A DNA stretch of 64,000 bases from an uncultured Marinoscillum sp. (GTDB lineage: Bacteria; Bacteroidota; Bacteroidia; Cytophagales; MED-G16), in the NCBI GenBank assembly GCA_902633975.1, contig CACPHX010000003.1, forward strand, positions 15,373-79,372, read 5' to 3'. The position numbers were made by a program, and so were the translations under genes. This document shows, piece after piece, positions 8,526 through 19,511 of the stretch (the stretch's first letter is position 1; the number at the start of each line of letters is the position of its first letter). The notes under the pieces were generated by a model, which made no database searches, was not told the DNA's origin, and saw nothing but the letters and a program-made list of their open reading frames with translations.

Positions 8526-10001
8526 ATGAAAAACTTTTTTTTATTAATCTTAATATTTTTTGTTAGTAACAATATTCTCTCTCAGGTATCTAGAAGTATA
8601 GAAGCTGAAAGCTCAGTCGTTACGAATCATTTTGTAACTGTGAATGGCACAAGAATTCCATATTCAGCAACTGCAGGAACTCTACCGGTCTGGAGTGAAG
8701 ATGACAACGCAGTCGCAACTTTATTTTATACATACTATAAGAGATCCGATGTAAAAGATATCAAAAACAGGCCAATATTCTTTTCCTTCAATGGAGGTCC
8801 AGGCGCTGCATCTATATGGATGCATATGGGATATACAAGTCCGAGAACACTAAACATTGATGATGAAGGCTACCCAGTACAACCTTATGGCATAAAGGAT
8901 AATCCTCACTCAATTATCGATGTAGCTGACATTGTTTATGTAAACCCTGTAAATGTTGGTCTCTCAAGAATACTAGACAAAGATTATGATAGGTCAAAGT
9001 TTTTTGGTGTTAATTCAGATATTGAGTATTTAGCTCAGTGGATTGAAGACTTTATCAATAAATATAATAGGTGGTTATCTCCTAAGTATCTTATTGGAGA
9101 AAGTTATGGAACAACAAGATGCTCAGGGCTAGCTCTTGAGCTTCAAAGTCGATACCACACCACATATCTTAATGGTGTTATCTTGGTTTCACCAACAGGT
9201 TTAGGTATTGACAGAGATGGTCCAGTAGGATCTGCATTAAGATTACCTTATTTTGCAGCAACAGCATGGTACCACGACAAATTAGATGATGATTTACAAA
9301 AGATGGAACTTTTGGATCTCTTAGAAGTTGTTGAAAAATTTACTGTTGAAGAGTTTCTGCCAGCTATTACTCTTGGTAATTCGATAACTGACGATAAAAG
9401 ATCAGAAATTGCAAAAATAGCCTCAAAATATTCTGGTCTTTCAGCTAGAGATTTTATTGACAATAATTTAGATGTAACAGATCAATATTTTTGGAAAAAA
9501 TTATTATATGATGAGGGCTTTATTCTTGGAAGATTGGACTCAAGATATAGAGGTATTGATAAAAAAAATTCAGGTGTTTCTGTGGGTAGTTATCCTGAGC
9601 TAGATGCTTGGGATCACGCATTCACACCAGCTATGCAATATTATCTTAATAACGAATTAAATTATAAGACAAATATGAATTATAATGTTTGGGGTAACGT
9701 GAGACCTTGGAATAGAGATAATGACAGAACTGGAGATAATCTAAGACAGGCTATGGCAAAAAATCCTTTTCTCAATGTTATGATTCAATCCGGTTATTAT
9801 GATGGTGCTACTCAATATTTTGATGCTAAATATACTATGTGGCATATTGATCCTAGTGGTAAGATGAAAGACAGACTATCTTTCAAGGGTTATGAGAGTG
9901 GTCACATGATGTATTTGAGAAGAGAAGATCTAAAAAATTCTAATGATGACATTAGGGAATTTATAAAAAATACTATCCCAACATCACCAGCGAAATATTA
10001 A
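8526..10001 (+). CDS. Exported S10 family serine carboxypeptidase
   Basis: Signal peptide MKNFFLLILIFF. S10 motifs FNGGPGAASIW, catalytic-Ser box IGESYGT and C-terminal ESGHMMY. The start was moved to 8526 because 8505 lies inside the terminator stem. Confidence 0.8.
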   Translation: MKNFFLLILIFFVSNNILSQVSRSIEAESSVVTNHFVTVNGTRIPYSATAGTLPVWSEDDNAVATLFYTYYKRSDVKDIKNRPIFFSFNGGPGAASIWMHMGYTSPRTLNIDDEGYPVQPYGIKDNPHSIIDVADIVYVNPVNVGLSRILDKDYDRSKFFGVNSDIEYLAQWIEDFINKYNRWLSPKYLIGESYGTTRCSGLALELQSRYHTTYLNGVILVSPTGLGIDRDGPVGSALRLPYFAATAWYHDKLDDDLQKMELLDLLEVVEKFTVEEFLPAITLGNSITDDKRSEIAKIASKYSGLSARDFIDNNLDVTDQYFWKKLLYDEGFILGRLDSRYRGIDKKNSGVSVGSYPELDAWDHAFTPAMQYYLNNELNYKTNMNYNVWGNVRPWNRDNDRTGDNLRQAMAKNPFLNVMIQSGYYDGATQYFDAKYTMWHIDPSGKMKDRLSFKGYESGHMMYLRREDLKNSNDDIREFIKNTIPTSPAKY

Positions 10002-10005
10002 TTAG

Positions 10006-12102
10006 ATGAGATACTTTATACTACTTTTATTTATATCAAATCTCTCTTACTCTCAATCAAATTTTACTTTAGATCAGATTAAATCATATCCATTCCCAAA
10101 TGAGTTAACAGGATCTTCAGAAAAATCAAGGATTGCTTGGGCATTTGATGAAGAAGGAAAAAGAAATGTATATGTTGCTGAAGGACCTTCCTTTATTGCT
10201 AGAAGGTTAACCTCTTACATGGATGATACCGGTCAAGAATTATCAAGTGTTTCAATTTCTTCAGATGGTAATTGGATTGTATATATAAGAGGTGGAGATT
10301 TTGGCTCAAATTGGGATGACGAACTTCCAGTTAATCCGACTTTTAATCCTGACCCCCCGAAGGTTCAGATTTGGAGTATCCCCTTTAGTGGTGGTGATCC
10401 AATTATGATTGATGAGGGTATAAATCCAGTTATTTCTCCCCTTAGCGATCAGATTGCATATATAAAGGAAGGGCAGATATGGGTATCTTCTATTGACGGT
10501 GAGGGTGAATCAAAAAAACTCTTTCATTCAAGAGGAAGAAATGGATCTCATTCTTGGTCTCCCGACGGTTCAAAAATAGCATTTGTTTCTTATAGAGGTG
10601 ACAGATCTTTTATTGGAGTTTATAAAGATGAAAAAAATAACATAAAGTGGATTAATCCATCCTTTGATAGAGACACATCTCCTAGGTGGTCTCCTGACGG
10701 AAATCAGATTGTTTACATAAGACAACCAGGAGCTGCTGGAGAACCAGACTCAATACTCGGAGCAAGACATGTACCATGGAAACTTATGAAGTCAGATATA
10801 AATACAATGGTAAGTGAAGAATTGTGGGAAGCTCCCAAAACTATTAGAGGATCATACCCAAGGACTCAGGGTGGAGCTAATCTGCACTGGGCGCACAAAA
10901 GGATAGTCTTTCTTTCATACCACGATGGATGGCAACATTTATATTCCATACCAGAAAGTGGGGGAGAACCAACCCTACTTACCCCAGGTAAGTTTATGTG
11001 TGAGTACATTAAATTATCTCCTGATAAAAAATCACTAGTGTTTACCGCAAATACGGGGAATGATGAGTATGATATAGACAGAAGACATATCGTAAAAGTA
11101 TCAGTAGATAAGTCAGACATGAAAGTTCTTACTAACGGTATTGGACTTGAGTGGACTCCTCTAATTACTGGTGACTTAAACAATGTTGCATTCATAAGTG
11201 CAACATCAACCAGGCCCCCTTTGCCTTCAGTATTAAATCTGAATAATAATAAAATTAAATTGTTATCAGAAGACAGGATACCTAATGATTTTCCTTCTGA
11301 CAAGATGGTAATTCCAACTCAGATAAAATTTAAATCTACGGATGGAATTGAAGTATATGCTACAAAATTTGAGAAAAAGGACAATAAAAAAAATAAGCCT
11401 GCTGTGATTTATATTCACGGAGGCCCACCAAGACAAATGTTATTAGGATGGCACTACTCATCTTATTACTCTAATGCATACGCTTTAAATCAATACCTAG
11501 CTAATAAAGGTTTCGTAGTTATCTCTGTTAATTATAGACTTGGAATTGGTTATGGATTTGAGTTCCATAATCCAGTCGATGGAGGTACCAAGGGTGCGTC
11601 AGAATATAGAGACGTGAAAGCTGCAGGTTTATGGCTCAATCAACAAAATAATATTGATAAAGATAGAATTTATGTTTATGGTGGAAGTTATGGAGGATAT
11701 TTAACAGCTATGGCTCTTGGTAGAGATTCAGATTTATTTTCTGGTGGGGTAGATATACATGGAGTACACGACAGAACTTTATATGGATATTTAAACTCAA
11801 TCAATTATGAGAAAGCCCCCGATTACGATTTAGCAAGAGAGACAGCCTGGAAATCTTCTCCTATCGCAGATATAGATACATGGAAATCTCCAGTATTAAT
11901 CATTCACGCCGATGATGATAGAAATGTATACTTTAAACAGAGTACTGATTTAGTACAAAGATTAAGGAAGAAAAAGGTTTATATGGAGACTATGGTTATA
12001 GTTGATGATACTCATCATTTTATGATGTTTGAAAATCAAATGAAAGTAAATAAAAGTACTGCTGACTTTTTAATCAGATTGGCTGAAGGAAATATTAATT
12101 AG
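10006..12102 (+). CDS. S9 family prolyl-oligopeptidase/dipeptidyl-peptidase with N-terminal TolB-like beta-propeller
   Basis: Signal peptide. Repeated WSPDG propeller motifs. IYIHGGP. Catalytic GGSYGGY. C-terminal HADDDRNV and DDTHHF. Confidence 0.85.
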   Translation: MRYFILLLFISNLSYSQSNFTLDQIKSYPFPNELTGSSEKSRIAWAFDEEGKRNVYVAEGPSFIARRLTSYMDDTGQELSSVSISSDGNWIVYIRGGDFGSNWDDELPVNPTFNPDPPKVQIWSIPFSGGDPIMIDEGINPVISPLSDQIAYIKEGQIWVSSIDGEGESKKLFHSRGRNGSHSWSPDGSKIAFVSYRGDRSFIGVYKDEKNNIKWINPSFDRDTSPRWSPDGNQIVYIRQPGAAGEPDSILGARHVPWKLMKSDINTMVSEELWEAPKTIRGSYPRTQGGANLHWAHKRIVFLSYHDGWQHLYSIPESGGEPTLLTPGKFMCEYIKLSPDKKSLVFTANTGNDEYDIDRRHIVKVSVDKSDMKVLTNGIGLEWTPLITGDLNNVAFISATSTRPPLPSVLNLNNNKIKLLSEDRIPNDFPSDKMVIPTQIKFKSTDGIEVYATKFEKKDNKKNKPAVIYIHGGPPRQMLLGWHYSSYYSNAYALNQYLANKGFVVISVNYRLGIGYGFEFHNPVDGGTKGASEYRDVKAAGLWLNQQNNIDKDRIYVYGGSYGGYLTAMALGRDSDLFSGGVDIHGVHDRTLYGYLNSINYEKAPDYDLARETAWKSSPIADIDTWKSPVLIIHADDDRNVYFKQSTDLVQRLRKKKVYMETMVIVDDTHHFMMFENQMKVNKSTADFLIRLAEGNIN

Positions 12103-15007
12103 ATTTAAGTGGGTCTTCTCTAACAATAATTTTATCTGTAAATTTTTTGCCGTTTTTAAGTCGTATCTCAACATTATAGATACCCTCATCTGCTTCAAAA
12201 TTATCATATAGTTTGTCATCAAAAACTTTTACACCACCGGCATACATTCCGTAATCATCAAGAAAGCTTTTTCTTACTTTGTTTAGATCAGTAAAAGATT
12301 TTTGATCAATAAAATTATATTTGTCAAGTCCTTTCTTATCAATAACAACACTTAAAAATTCTTTTTTTATTTTAATAAGATTATCTCTATACCTGAAAAA
12401 CTCATCTTTTGTTCTCTCTAACTCAAAAGGCCAAACAAATCTGTTAATACCTGCCTTTATATTTAAACTTTTTCTAAAAATTGGTTCTTTAGAATTATCA
12501 TCTACATTATTTTTTGAGATTATTAATTCACCTTCTGTATTACTAGTACTGAAATAATTAATTAAAGTCCCGTATGGAGGATTTTCACCTCTAAACTCGA
12601 AAAAAGGTTGTTTTCTTCCTGTATTAATTTTTACCCATTTGGTAGAAATTCTTGTTGCTAGTAGGTTATCTTCTTTTTCATTTAAAAATCGCAAGGGTGA
12701 AATATCATCAAGAATCCAGATACTTCTTCCATGAGTACCAGCAACTAGATCTCCATCTCTTGGATGAATAACCAAGTCATGTATTGCAACAGTTGGAAGA
12801 TTGCTACCAAGTTTTTCCCAGGAAGTTCCTCTATCATTACTGAAATAGACAGATTTTTCAGTACCAACAAAAAGTAAATTTTCATCTACATAATCTTCTT
12901 TTATGACATAAACTGAATAATCCTGGGGTAGATTGGATGATATATTACTCCATGTTTTTCCATAATCTTCTGTAATAAAAACATAAGGTTTATTATCATC
13001 AAATCTATGATTATCAAATGATACATATGCTCTTCCTTTTGAATGTTTAGACGCTTCAACCCTACTAACCCATATCTTCTCAGGAACACCATCAATATTA
13101 TTTTTTACATTTTCCCATGAATCGCCATTGTTTCTTGTTACCTGAACATTTCCGTCATCTGTTCCAACCCATATTAATGTTGTATCTATAGGAGTATCAC
13201 TAATTGTAATAATTGTAAAGTGATTTTCACCTCCAGTGTTACTATTAGTCAGGCCACCTCCATTCGAAGTATTTCTAAGTTTTTTATCATTTGTTGTCAG
13301 GTCTGGACTTATTATTTTCCAGTTGTCTCCTCTGTCAAAAGACTGGAATAGATGATTTGATCCAAATAAGACTTTTTTTGAGTTATGGGATGAAATTATA
13401 AATGGACTACTCCAATTAAACCTAAACTGAGGAGGTAAAAGAGGTCTGTCAGGTCTCTCTCTAAAAAACCAGTGTTCACCAGGGTCAATTGTATATCTAT
13501 TTCTTGACTCATCATAATTATAATCAACAAAATTTTTAAAATTTGAAATAGTTTCAGGAGTAGGTGTAATAAATGAATATTCTCTTGTCTCAATATTTTG
13601 CCTTGCAACAAATCCAACGTGGTTAACTGTGTATACAGTTTTCCAATCCTCAGGATCTATTTGGGTATGAAAACCATCTCCCTCTGCAATCCACGTACTA
13701 TGCATATTTAAAATTCCTCTATACTCTCTGCTGTTACTTGGCGTTACCCAAAGACCATTATCTTGCAATCCTCCACCAACATAATATGGATCTCGCATAT
13801 CAACACCAATTGCATAGTACTGACCAATAGCCATATTGTTGTGTGATAACCAACTTTGACCACCATCAATAGATAGTCTAGAACCCTGATCAGTTGCTAA
13901 ATACATAATTTTATTATCATAAGGTGCAATCCACATGTCGTGGTCATCACCTCCATCTGTTCTCCATCTTCTCGGATAAAAACTTTTACCTCCATCATTA
14001 GATATCATAAACCCTCTAGAAACAACGTAAATATTATCTGGATCTATTGGATCAATCTCTATCTGTCCATGATAGAAAGGTCTTACTGCATGTTTTAATA
14101 AAAAACTCCAAGATTCACCTTCATCATATGAAATATAAACTCCTGTTCCTGGTTCATTTTCAGGAATATTTTCATCTGCTTCATATGCCATTACCATTAT
14201 TTTAGGATTATTTAGATGGATTGAGATATCTATCATCCCGCTTTTCCCTCTGGCAAGACCGGTAGTAATTTTCTTCCAGTTTTTTCCCCCGTCTGTACTT
14301 TTGAATAGTCCACCTTGTTCTCCACCACTCACAAAACTAGCAGGTTGTCTCAATCTGTGGTAAAATCCAGCAAACATAATATCTGGATTTTCTGGATGAA
14401 ATATTATCTCTGTGCAACCTGTTTTCCCATCATTAGGCAGCCCACCCTCAACACGATTCCATGATGAACCTCCATCTTTAGTCATAAAAAGTCCTCTATC
14501 ACCAGAATATCCCCACAAATGTCCTACTGCAGCAGCGTAAACAATATCTGGATTTTTAGGATGTATTTCAATTTCAGCAATTTGATGAGTGGATTCTAAG
14601 CCCATATTTTTAAAAGTCTTGCCACCGTCTACAGATTTGTAGATTCCATCACCCCACGCACTTGAGTTACGGTTTGCTGACTCACCTGTTCCTACCCATA
14701 TAGTATTTAAATTATTTTGATCAAATTTTACAGAACCTATTGATCCAGCACCATAATTATCAAAAATACTCTCCCATGTTATACCTCCATTGTCAGATTT
14801 AAATACTCCTCCTGATGCTGAGGCAATCAAAACTTTTCTGTAATCTTTATTGCTAGCATCAATTGCAGCAATTCTTCCCATCATATTGGCTGGTCCAATA
14901 TTTCTCCATTTTAGGTCGTGTGTAGAAGATTTTTTCTGAGCATTTAAACTTATATTAAATGATATAATAAAGAAAAAAAATAAAATTTTTAATTTTTTAA
15001 GATTCAT
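12095..15007 (-). CDS. Exported sortilin/VPS10-like BNR (Asp-box) repeat beta-propeller protein
   Basis: At least 10 Asp-box repeats of the S-x-D-x-G-x-(T/S)-W type (SDNGGITW, TKDGGSSW, STDGGKNW, SIDGGQSW, TEDYGKTW and others). Start set at MNLKKLKILFFFF (15007). Confidence 0.75.
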   Translation of the reverse strand: MNLKKLKILFFFFIISFNISLNAQKKSSTHDLKWRNIGPANMMGRIAAIDASNKDYRKVLIASASGGVFKSDNGGITWESIFDNYGAGSIGSVKFDQNNLNTIWVGTGESANRNSSAWGDGIYKSVDGGKTFKNMGLESTHQIAEIEIHPKNPDIVYAAAVGHLWGYSGDRGLFMTKDGGSSWNRVEGGLPNDGKTGCTEIIFHPENPDIMFAGFYHRLRQPASFVSGGEQGGLFKSTDGGKNWKKITTGLARGKSGMIDISIHLNNPKIMVMAYEADENIPENEPGTGVYISYDEGESWSFLLKHAVRPFYHGQIEIDPIDPDNIYVVSRGFMISNDGGKSFYPRRWRTDGGDDHDMWIAPYDNKIMYLATDQGSRLSIDGGQSWLSHNNMAIGQYYAIGVDMRDPYYVGGGLQDNGLWVTPSNSREYRGILNMHSTWIAEGDGFHTQIDPEDWKTVYTVNHVGFVARQNIETREYSFITPTPETISNFKNFVDYNYDESRNRYTIDPGEHWFFRERPDRPLLPPQFRFNWSSPFIISSHNSKKVLFGSNHLFQSFDRGDNWKIISPDLTTNDKKLRNTSNGGGLTNSNTGGENHFTIITISDTPIDTTLIWVGTDDGNVQVTRNNGDSWENVKNNIDGVPEKIWVSRVEASKHSKGRAYVSFDNHRFDDNKPYVFITEDYGKTWSNISSNLPQDYSVYVIKEDYVDENLLFVGTEKSVYFSNDRGTSWEKLGSNLPTVAIHDLVIHPRDGDLVAGTHGRSIWILDDISPLRFLNEKEDNLLATRISTKWVKINTGRKQPFFEFRGENPPYGTLINYFSTSNTEGELIISKNNVDDNSKEPIFRKSLNIKAGINRFVWPFELERTKDEFFRYRDNLIKIKKEFLSVVIDKKGLDKYNFIDQKSFTDLNKVRKSFLDDYGMYAGGVKVFDDKLYDNFEADEGIYNVEIRLKNGKKFTDKIIVREDPLKSN

Positions 15008-16652
15008 ATACCCATTTTCCTCCAACCATAGTTCTTTCTACTGGAATATCAATAATTCTCATAGGATCAGTTTCTCTAGGATCTTGACCTAAAATGGTCA
15101 AATCAGCCAATTTACCTATCTCAATAGAACCTTTAATATTTTCTTCATATGAGGCATATGCTCCATTGATTGTTGCAACTTTAATGGCTTCCTCGACACT
15201 TATTTTTTGGCTTGGTCCCCAGACTTCACCTGTGTAATCAGTTCTTGTTACACTTGATTGTATTGCCATCATAGGTTCGAATGGTCCTGGAGGATAATCT
15301 GAGGTTTGAGTTACAGGTATCCCAGCATCAAGAAAACTTCTAACAGCAAACATATTTTCTAGTCTTTCTTTACCATATTCTTTCATTTTTTCTCCATGAA
15401 AATAAACATATGTAGAAAAAGGATTAGGTATTACTCCAAGAGTTTTTATTCTTTGGACCAAAGACTCATTTATTATTGTGCAATGTTCAATTCTAAATCT
15501 AGGGTCTTTTCTATATTTTTCTTTTTGGAGTCTTTCAAAAACTCTTAGGGTTATATCAATACCCACATCTCCGTTTGCATGAACTCCGATTTGCCAGTCA
15601 TTTAAATGCGCTTTGATAGCTTCCTCGTAAATTTCATCTTCATTATTAATAATAATTCCATAATAATCCGGTCTACCAATATATGGTTTTGATAATCTTG
15701 CAGTTCTTTCAGATATTGATCCATCACATACTAACTTGACTGCGCCAACACGAACCCACTCGTCACCATAACCTGTTTTCTTACCAGATCCATTTACTTC
15801 ATCAAAAGCATAACCCCGAATCATACAATAAACTCTTGTCTTGAGTTCTCCACTTTCATAGGCATCCTCAAATGCTTGAAGGGATTTTACACCAGTTCCT
15901 GCGTCAGTCACAGAGGTAATTCCGGATTTTGATAACATTTCTGATATTAATTTGACTCCTGCCTGGTAATCTGATCTAGTAAATTGATTTGGAATAAATT
16001 TTTCTACAAGATAAGTAGCTGTTTCAAGAAGTCTCCCATTTAAATTTCCTGTCTCAAGATCCCTTTCAATATTACCTCCTTTTGGGTCAGGTGTTTTTTC
16101 ATCTATTCCTGCTATTTTAAGAGCTAATGAATTTACATATGCAGTATGACCTCCTCTATGAGTTATCATCACTGGGTGATCTGGAGATACTTCGTCAAGG
16201 TCGATATTATTTATATATCTTTTCTCTTTTGTCTTAGTATCATCGTATTTAAACCCACTAATCCATTCCCCTTTAGGTGTCTTCTTAGATCTCTCAAAGA
16301 TTGCATTTTTAATTTCTTCTATTGACCTCAGATCACAATCAACATTTCTAAGGTGTGATCTTCCCGCACCAGCAGGGTGAGAGTGAGCGTCAATAAATCC
16401 TGGTGTTATAATTTTTCCACCAACATTAATTTTTTTAGTGTATGCTGAACTTAGATTCATTATGTCTTCGTTACTTCCGACACCAATAATTTTATCACCA
16501 CTAATTGCTATAGCTTCAGCTGATGGTTGATTAGGGTTTACGGTTATAATATCTGCATTATATAATATTAAATCTGCTTTTTCTAAATAACATGACATTA
16601 ATGCTAATGGAGGCAATGATGCTACAAAATCTCTTCTACTAATATTTTTCAT
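14997..16652 (-). CDS. Tat/Sec-exported amidohydrolase family protein (YtcJ-like metal-dependent hydrolase)
   Basis: N-terminal SRRDFVASLPPLALMS. Metal-binding GFIDAHSHP. Length ~550 aa, typical of the Amidohydro_3 family. Confidence 0.75.
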   Translation of the reverse strand: MKNISRRDFVASLPPLALMSCYLEKADLILYNADIITVNPNQPSAEAIAISGDKIIGVGSNEDIMNLSSAYTKKINVGGKIITPGFIDAHSHPAGAGRSHLRNVDCDLRSIEEIKNAIFERSKKTPKGEWISGFKYDDTKTKEKRYINNIDLDEVSPDHPVMITHRGGHTAYVNSLALKIAGIDEKTPDPKGGNIERDLETGNLNGRLLETATYLVEKFIPNQFTRSDYQAGVKLISEMLSKSGITSVTDAGTGVKSLQAFEDAYESGELKTRVYCMIRGYAFDEVNGSGKKTGYGDEWVRVGAVKLVCDGSISERTARLSKPYIGRPDYYGIIINNEDEIYEEAIKAHLNDWQIGVHANGDVGIDITLRVFERLQKEKYRKDPRFRIEHCTIINESLVQRIKTLGVIPNPFSTYVYFHGEKMKEYGKERLENMFAVRSFLDAGIPVTQTSDYPPGPFEPMMAIQSSVTRTDYTGEVWGPSQKISVEEAIKVATINGAYASYEENIKGSIEIGKLADLTILGQDPRETDPMRIIDIPVERTMVGGKWVYES

Positions 16653-16669
16653 TTCTTTAAATATAATAT

Positions 16670-18181
16670 TTATTTAGAGATTAAATCAAGTTCCTTTTTT
16701 AAATCAGTATTTGGATAAAGTATGGAAAATATATAGCCTGTAAATAACCCCAATAATAGAGCAGGAGCTAACTCAGCAATATTATTAAAATATATACCAT
16801 AAGGCTCGATATTTGGTATTATGAATTTAAAAATAAGTACTCCAAGAAATCCTACTATCATTGAAGCAATTGCACCTGTTTCGGAAAGACCTTTCCAAAA
16901 CAGAGAAAGTATTATAGTAGGACAAAAACTTGCCGCAATTCCATGAAAACCTACTAAAACAAACCAAAATATAGTCCTTTCAGGTGTTAAATTAGCAACT
17001 GTAATAGCAACAACGAATGCCAACGAAGCCATAATAAACGTCGTGATTTTAGAAATAAATGTTAATTTATTTATCTCCACTTTTGGATTATAAATATTTT
17101 GATAAATATCTCTTGCAAATGCACTTGATGCAAGAACAAGAAGTGAGTCTACTGTTGACATTATAGCTGCAAGAACAACTGCCATATAAAAGCCTATAAA
17201 TAGTAATGGTAATAAATTTTCAACCATCATTATTAATGAATTTTGACCATTATTACCAAGTATACTTTCAACTTCAACGCCATTTTCTGTAAAAAAATAT
17301 CTTGCCATCATACCAATTAAAACGGCACATGAGTCAGTAATGAATGTGAATAAAACTGCAACCCATCTTCCTTTATTTATTTCTTGCTCATTTTTTATTG
17401 ACATAAACCTTACAAAAATTTGGGGAGAACCTAGAAAGGCTAATCCAATACATAAGTAGCCAACAATTGTAGATAGATTTATTAGATTGAATCCACCTGA
17501 TCCCCACGGTGAAATTAATCCTCTATCTATTTTATTTAGACCTTCTAATATTTGAAATTCACCATTAAAAGAGTAGTAGCCAATTACTGGTAATATAACT
17601 AGAGCTAAAAACATTAGACTTCCTTGAATTAAATCAGACCAAGCGACAGCTATGAACCCACCAAATACCACATAGGCTAAAACTATAAAGTAACCCAATA
17701 CAGCACCTGTGAAGTAATTCCAATCCATAAAGGCTTCAAATGCAGAGCCAGTAGCATCAATTTGTGCACTCACATATATTATAATGAAGAAAGTAAGGAA
17801 AAGAGACGATAAGTATCTTAAATGATTAGTCTTAGGTTTTAGTTTAGAAACTAGGTAATCAGTTATTGTAATGGATTTATATCTATCAGTAAGTTTTTTA
17901 AATTTTTTTGCCATAAAAAACCAAGCCCCTAAAACCCCTAAAACCTCTCCAATAACAACCCAAAAAGCACTAACCCCAACAACAGCACCTAGTCCAGTGA
18001 GACCTAGTAATAGCCATGCTGATTCACCGGTTGCTCTCGTTGAAAAAGCTACAACCCAAAACCCTAGTTTCTTTCCTCCAACATAATAATCCTTTATGTT
18101 TTTAATCTTTTTAGATGAGTACCAACCAATAAAAAAAAGAATAAGAAAATATAGAAATAAAATAATTAGTTTAACCTCCAT
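16670..18181 (-). CDS. Sodium:solute symporter (PutP/PanF-like SSS family)
   Basis: 503 aa with ~13 TM segments. N-terminal YYVGGKKLG and STRATGESAWLLLGLTG are typical of the SSS family. Confidence 0.8.
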   Translation of the reverse strand: MEVKLIILFLYFLILFFIGWYSSKKIKNIKDYYVGGKKLGFWVVAFSTRATGESAWLLLGLTGLGAVVGVSAFWVVIGEVLGVLGAWFFMAKKFKKLTDRYKSITITDYLVSKLKPKTNHLRYLSSLFLTFFIIIYVSAQIDATGSAFEAFMDWNYFTGAVLGYFIVLAYVVFGGFIAVAWSDLIQGSLMFLALVILPVIGYYSFNGEFQILEGLNKIDRGLISPWGSGGFNLINLSTIVGYLCIGLAFLGSPQIFVRFMSIKNEQEINKGRWVAVLFTFITDSCAVLIGMMARYFFTENGVEVESILGNNGQNSLIMMVENLLPLLFIGFYMAVVLAAIMSTVDSLLVLASSAFARDIYQNIYNPKVEINKLTFISKITTFIMASLAFVVAITVANLTPERTIFWFVLVGFHGIAASFCPTIILSLFWKGLSETGAIASMIVGFLGVLIFKFIIPNIEPYGIYFNNIAELAPALLLGLFTGYIFSILYPNTDLKKELDLISK

Positions 18182-18184
18182 CTG

Positions 18185-19510
18185 TCAATAACAAAATTCA
18201 TCTGCTACCTTCAGTGCCTTCGAAATTATATCTATACCTTCGTCAATATCCTCCTCAGATGATGTAAGTGGTGGTGCTATGAAAATATAATTCCATTTAG
18301 TATAAGTGAACATACCTTCATCTCTTAATTTTCTAATTACTTTATTCATGTCTTCCATCTCTTTAGAATTTGCATTAAAAGGAGCTAAAGGGTCTTTATT
18401 TTTTCTATTTTTTACAAGTTCAATACATCCTAACATACCAGTATTTCTCCAGTCTCCAATTGATGGATGTTTATTTATTAACTCTTCAACTTTCCTATCA
18501 GTATATGATCCAATTTTATTGACATTTTCAATTATTTTTTCATTTTCATATATGTCAAGAACAGAAACAGCAGCAGCACATGCAACAGAATGAGCAGAAT
18601 AAGTCAGACCAAGAGGTAAAAATTTATCATTAAATGAATTTATAATTTTATCTGATATCATTACACCACCTAATGGTATGTAACCAGATGTAACTCCTTT
18701 AGCTATTGTTATAATATCAGGTTTGATTCCATGATTTTGAAAACCAAACCACTTACCAGTCCTACAGAAGCCACTCATTACTTCATCAATTATCAGTAAT
18801 AAGTCATATTTTTTACATAACTCTTCAACTTTTTTTAAATAAAAAGGAGGATATTTTATACATCCAGATGTTCCTGACTCACCCTCCATCATTATTGCAG
18901 CTATATTATTTGCTCCTTCATAATTAATTGTCTTCTCTAAATTTTTTATTGCTCTATCACCACATTCCTCAAAACTATTTGAGTACCAAGGACACCTGTA
19001 ATAGTATGGATTTTCAACATGTATGAAGTTAGGGACTTGTTGACTATCGATCTCATTTTTTCTAGGATCACCACCAGCAGAGACAGATCCGATTGTTGCT
19101 CCATGGTAGGATCTATAATGAGTTATTATTTTATGTCTTTGTGTAAATAATCTAGCTAAAATAATAGCATTTTCATTTGATTCTGCTCCTCCAAGTGTAA
19201 AAAATGTTTTATTGATATTATTTGGTGTAATGTCAGCAAGTTTTTTCCCAAGTATACCTCTTGAATCAGTAGTAAATGGAGGACTAACATAACTTAGTTT
19301 TTCCATCTGTTCCTTTACAGCTTCAGTTACTTCCTGTCTTCCGTGTCCAATATTTACATTCATTAATTGTGAGGAAAAATCAATATATTTTTTGTTTTTT
19401 TCATCAAAGAGATGAACACCTTCTGCTTTTTTAACATGAATAGGATCTAGCCCTTTTTGATTTGACCATGCAAAAATCGTATTTTCAAGATTGTATTTTT
19501 TTGTATTCAT
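18185..19510 (-). CDS. Class III (omega) aminotransferase, beta-alanine/taurine:pyruvate type
   Basis: TLGGAESNENA and IIDEVMSGFCRTGKWF. A PLP-lysine region in ITIAKGVTSGYIPLG. The YYYRCPW motif is common in omega-amino acid:pyruvate transaminases. Confidence 0.8.
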   Translation of the reverse strand: MNTKKYNLENTIFAWSNQKGLDPIHVKKAEGVHLFDEKNKKYIDFSSQLMNVNIGHGRQEVTEAVKEQMEKLSYVSPPFTTDSRGILGKKLADITPNNINKTFFTLGGAESNENAIILARLFTQRHKIITHYRSYHGATIGSVSAGGDPRKNEIDSQQVPNFIHVENPYYYRCPWYSNSFEECGDRAIKNLEKTINYEGANNIAAIMMEGESGTSGCIKYPPFYLKKVEELCKKYDLLLIIDEVMSGFCRTGKWFGFQNHGIKPDIITIAKGVTSGYIPLGGVMISDKIINSFNDKFLPLGLTYSAHSVACAAAVSVLDIYENEKIIENVNKIGSYTDRKVEELINKHPSIGDWRNTGMLGCIELVKNRKNKDPLAPFNANSKEMEDMNKVIRKLRDEGMFTYTKWNYIFIAPPLTSSEEDIDEGIDIISKALKVADEFCY

Positions 19511-19511
19511 T

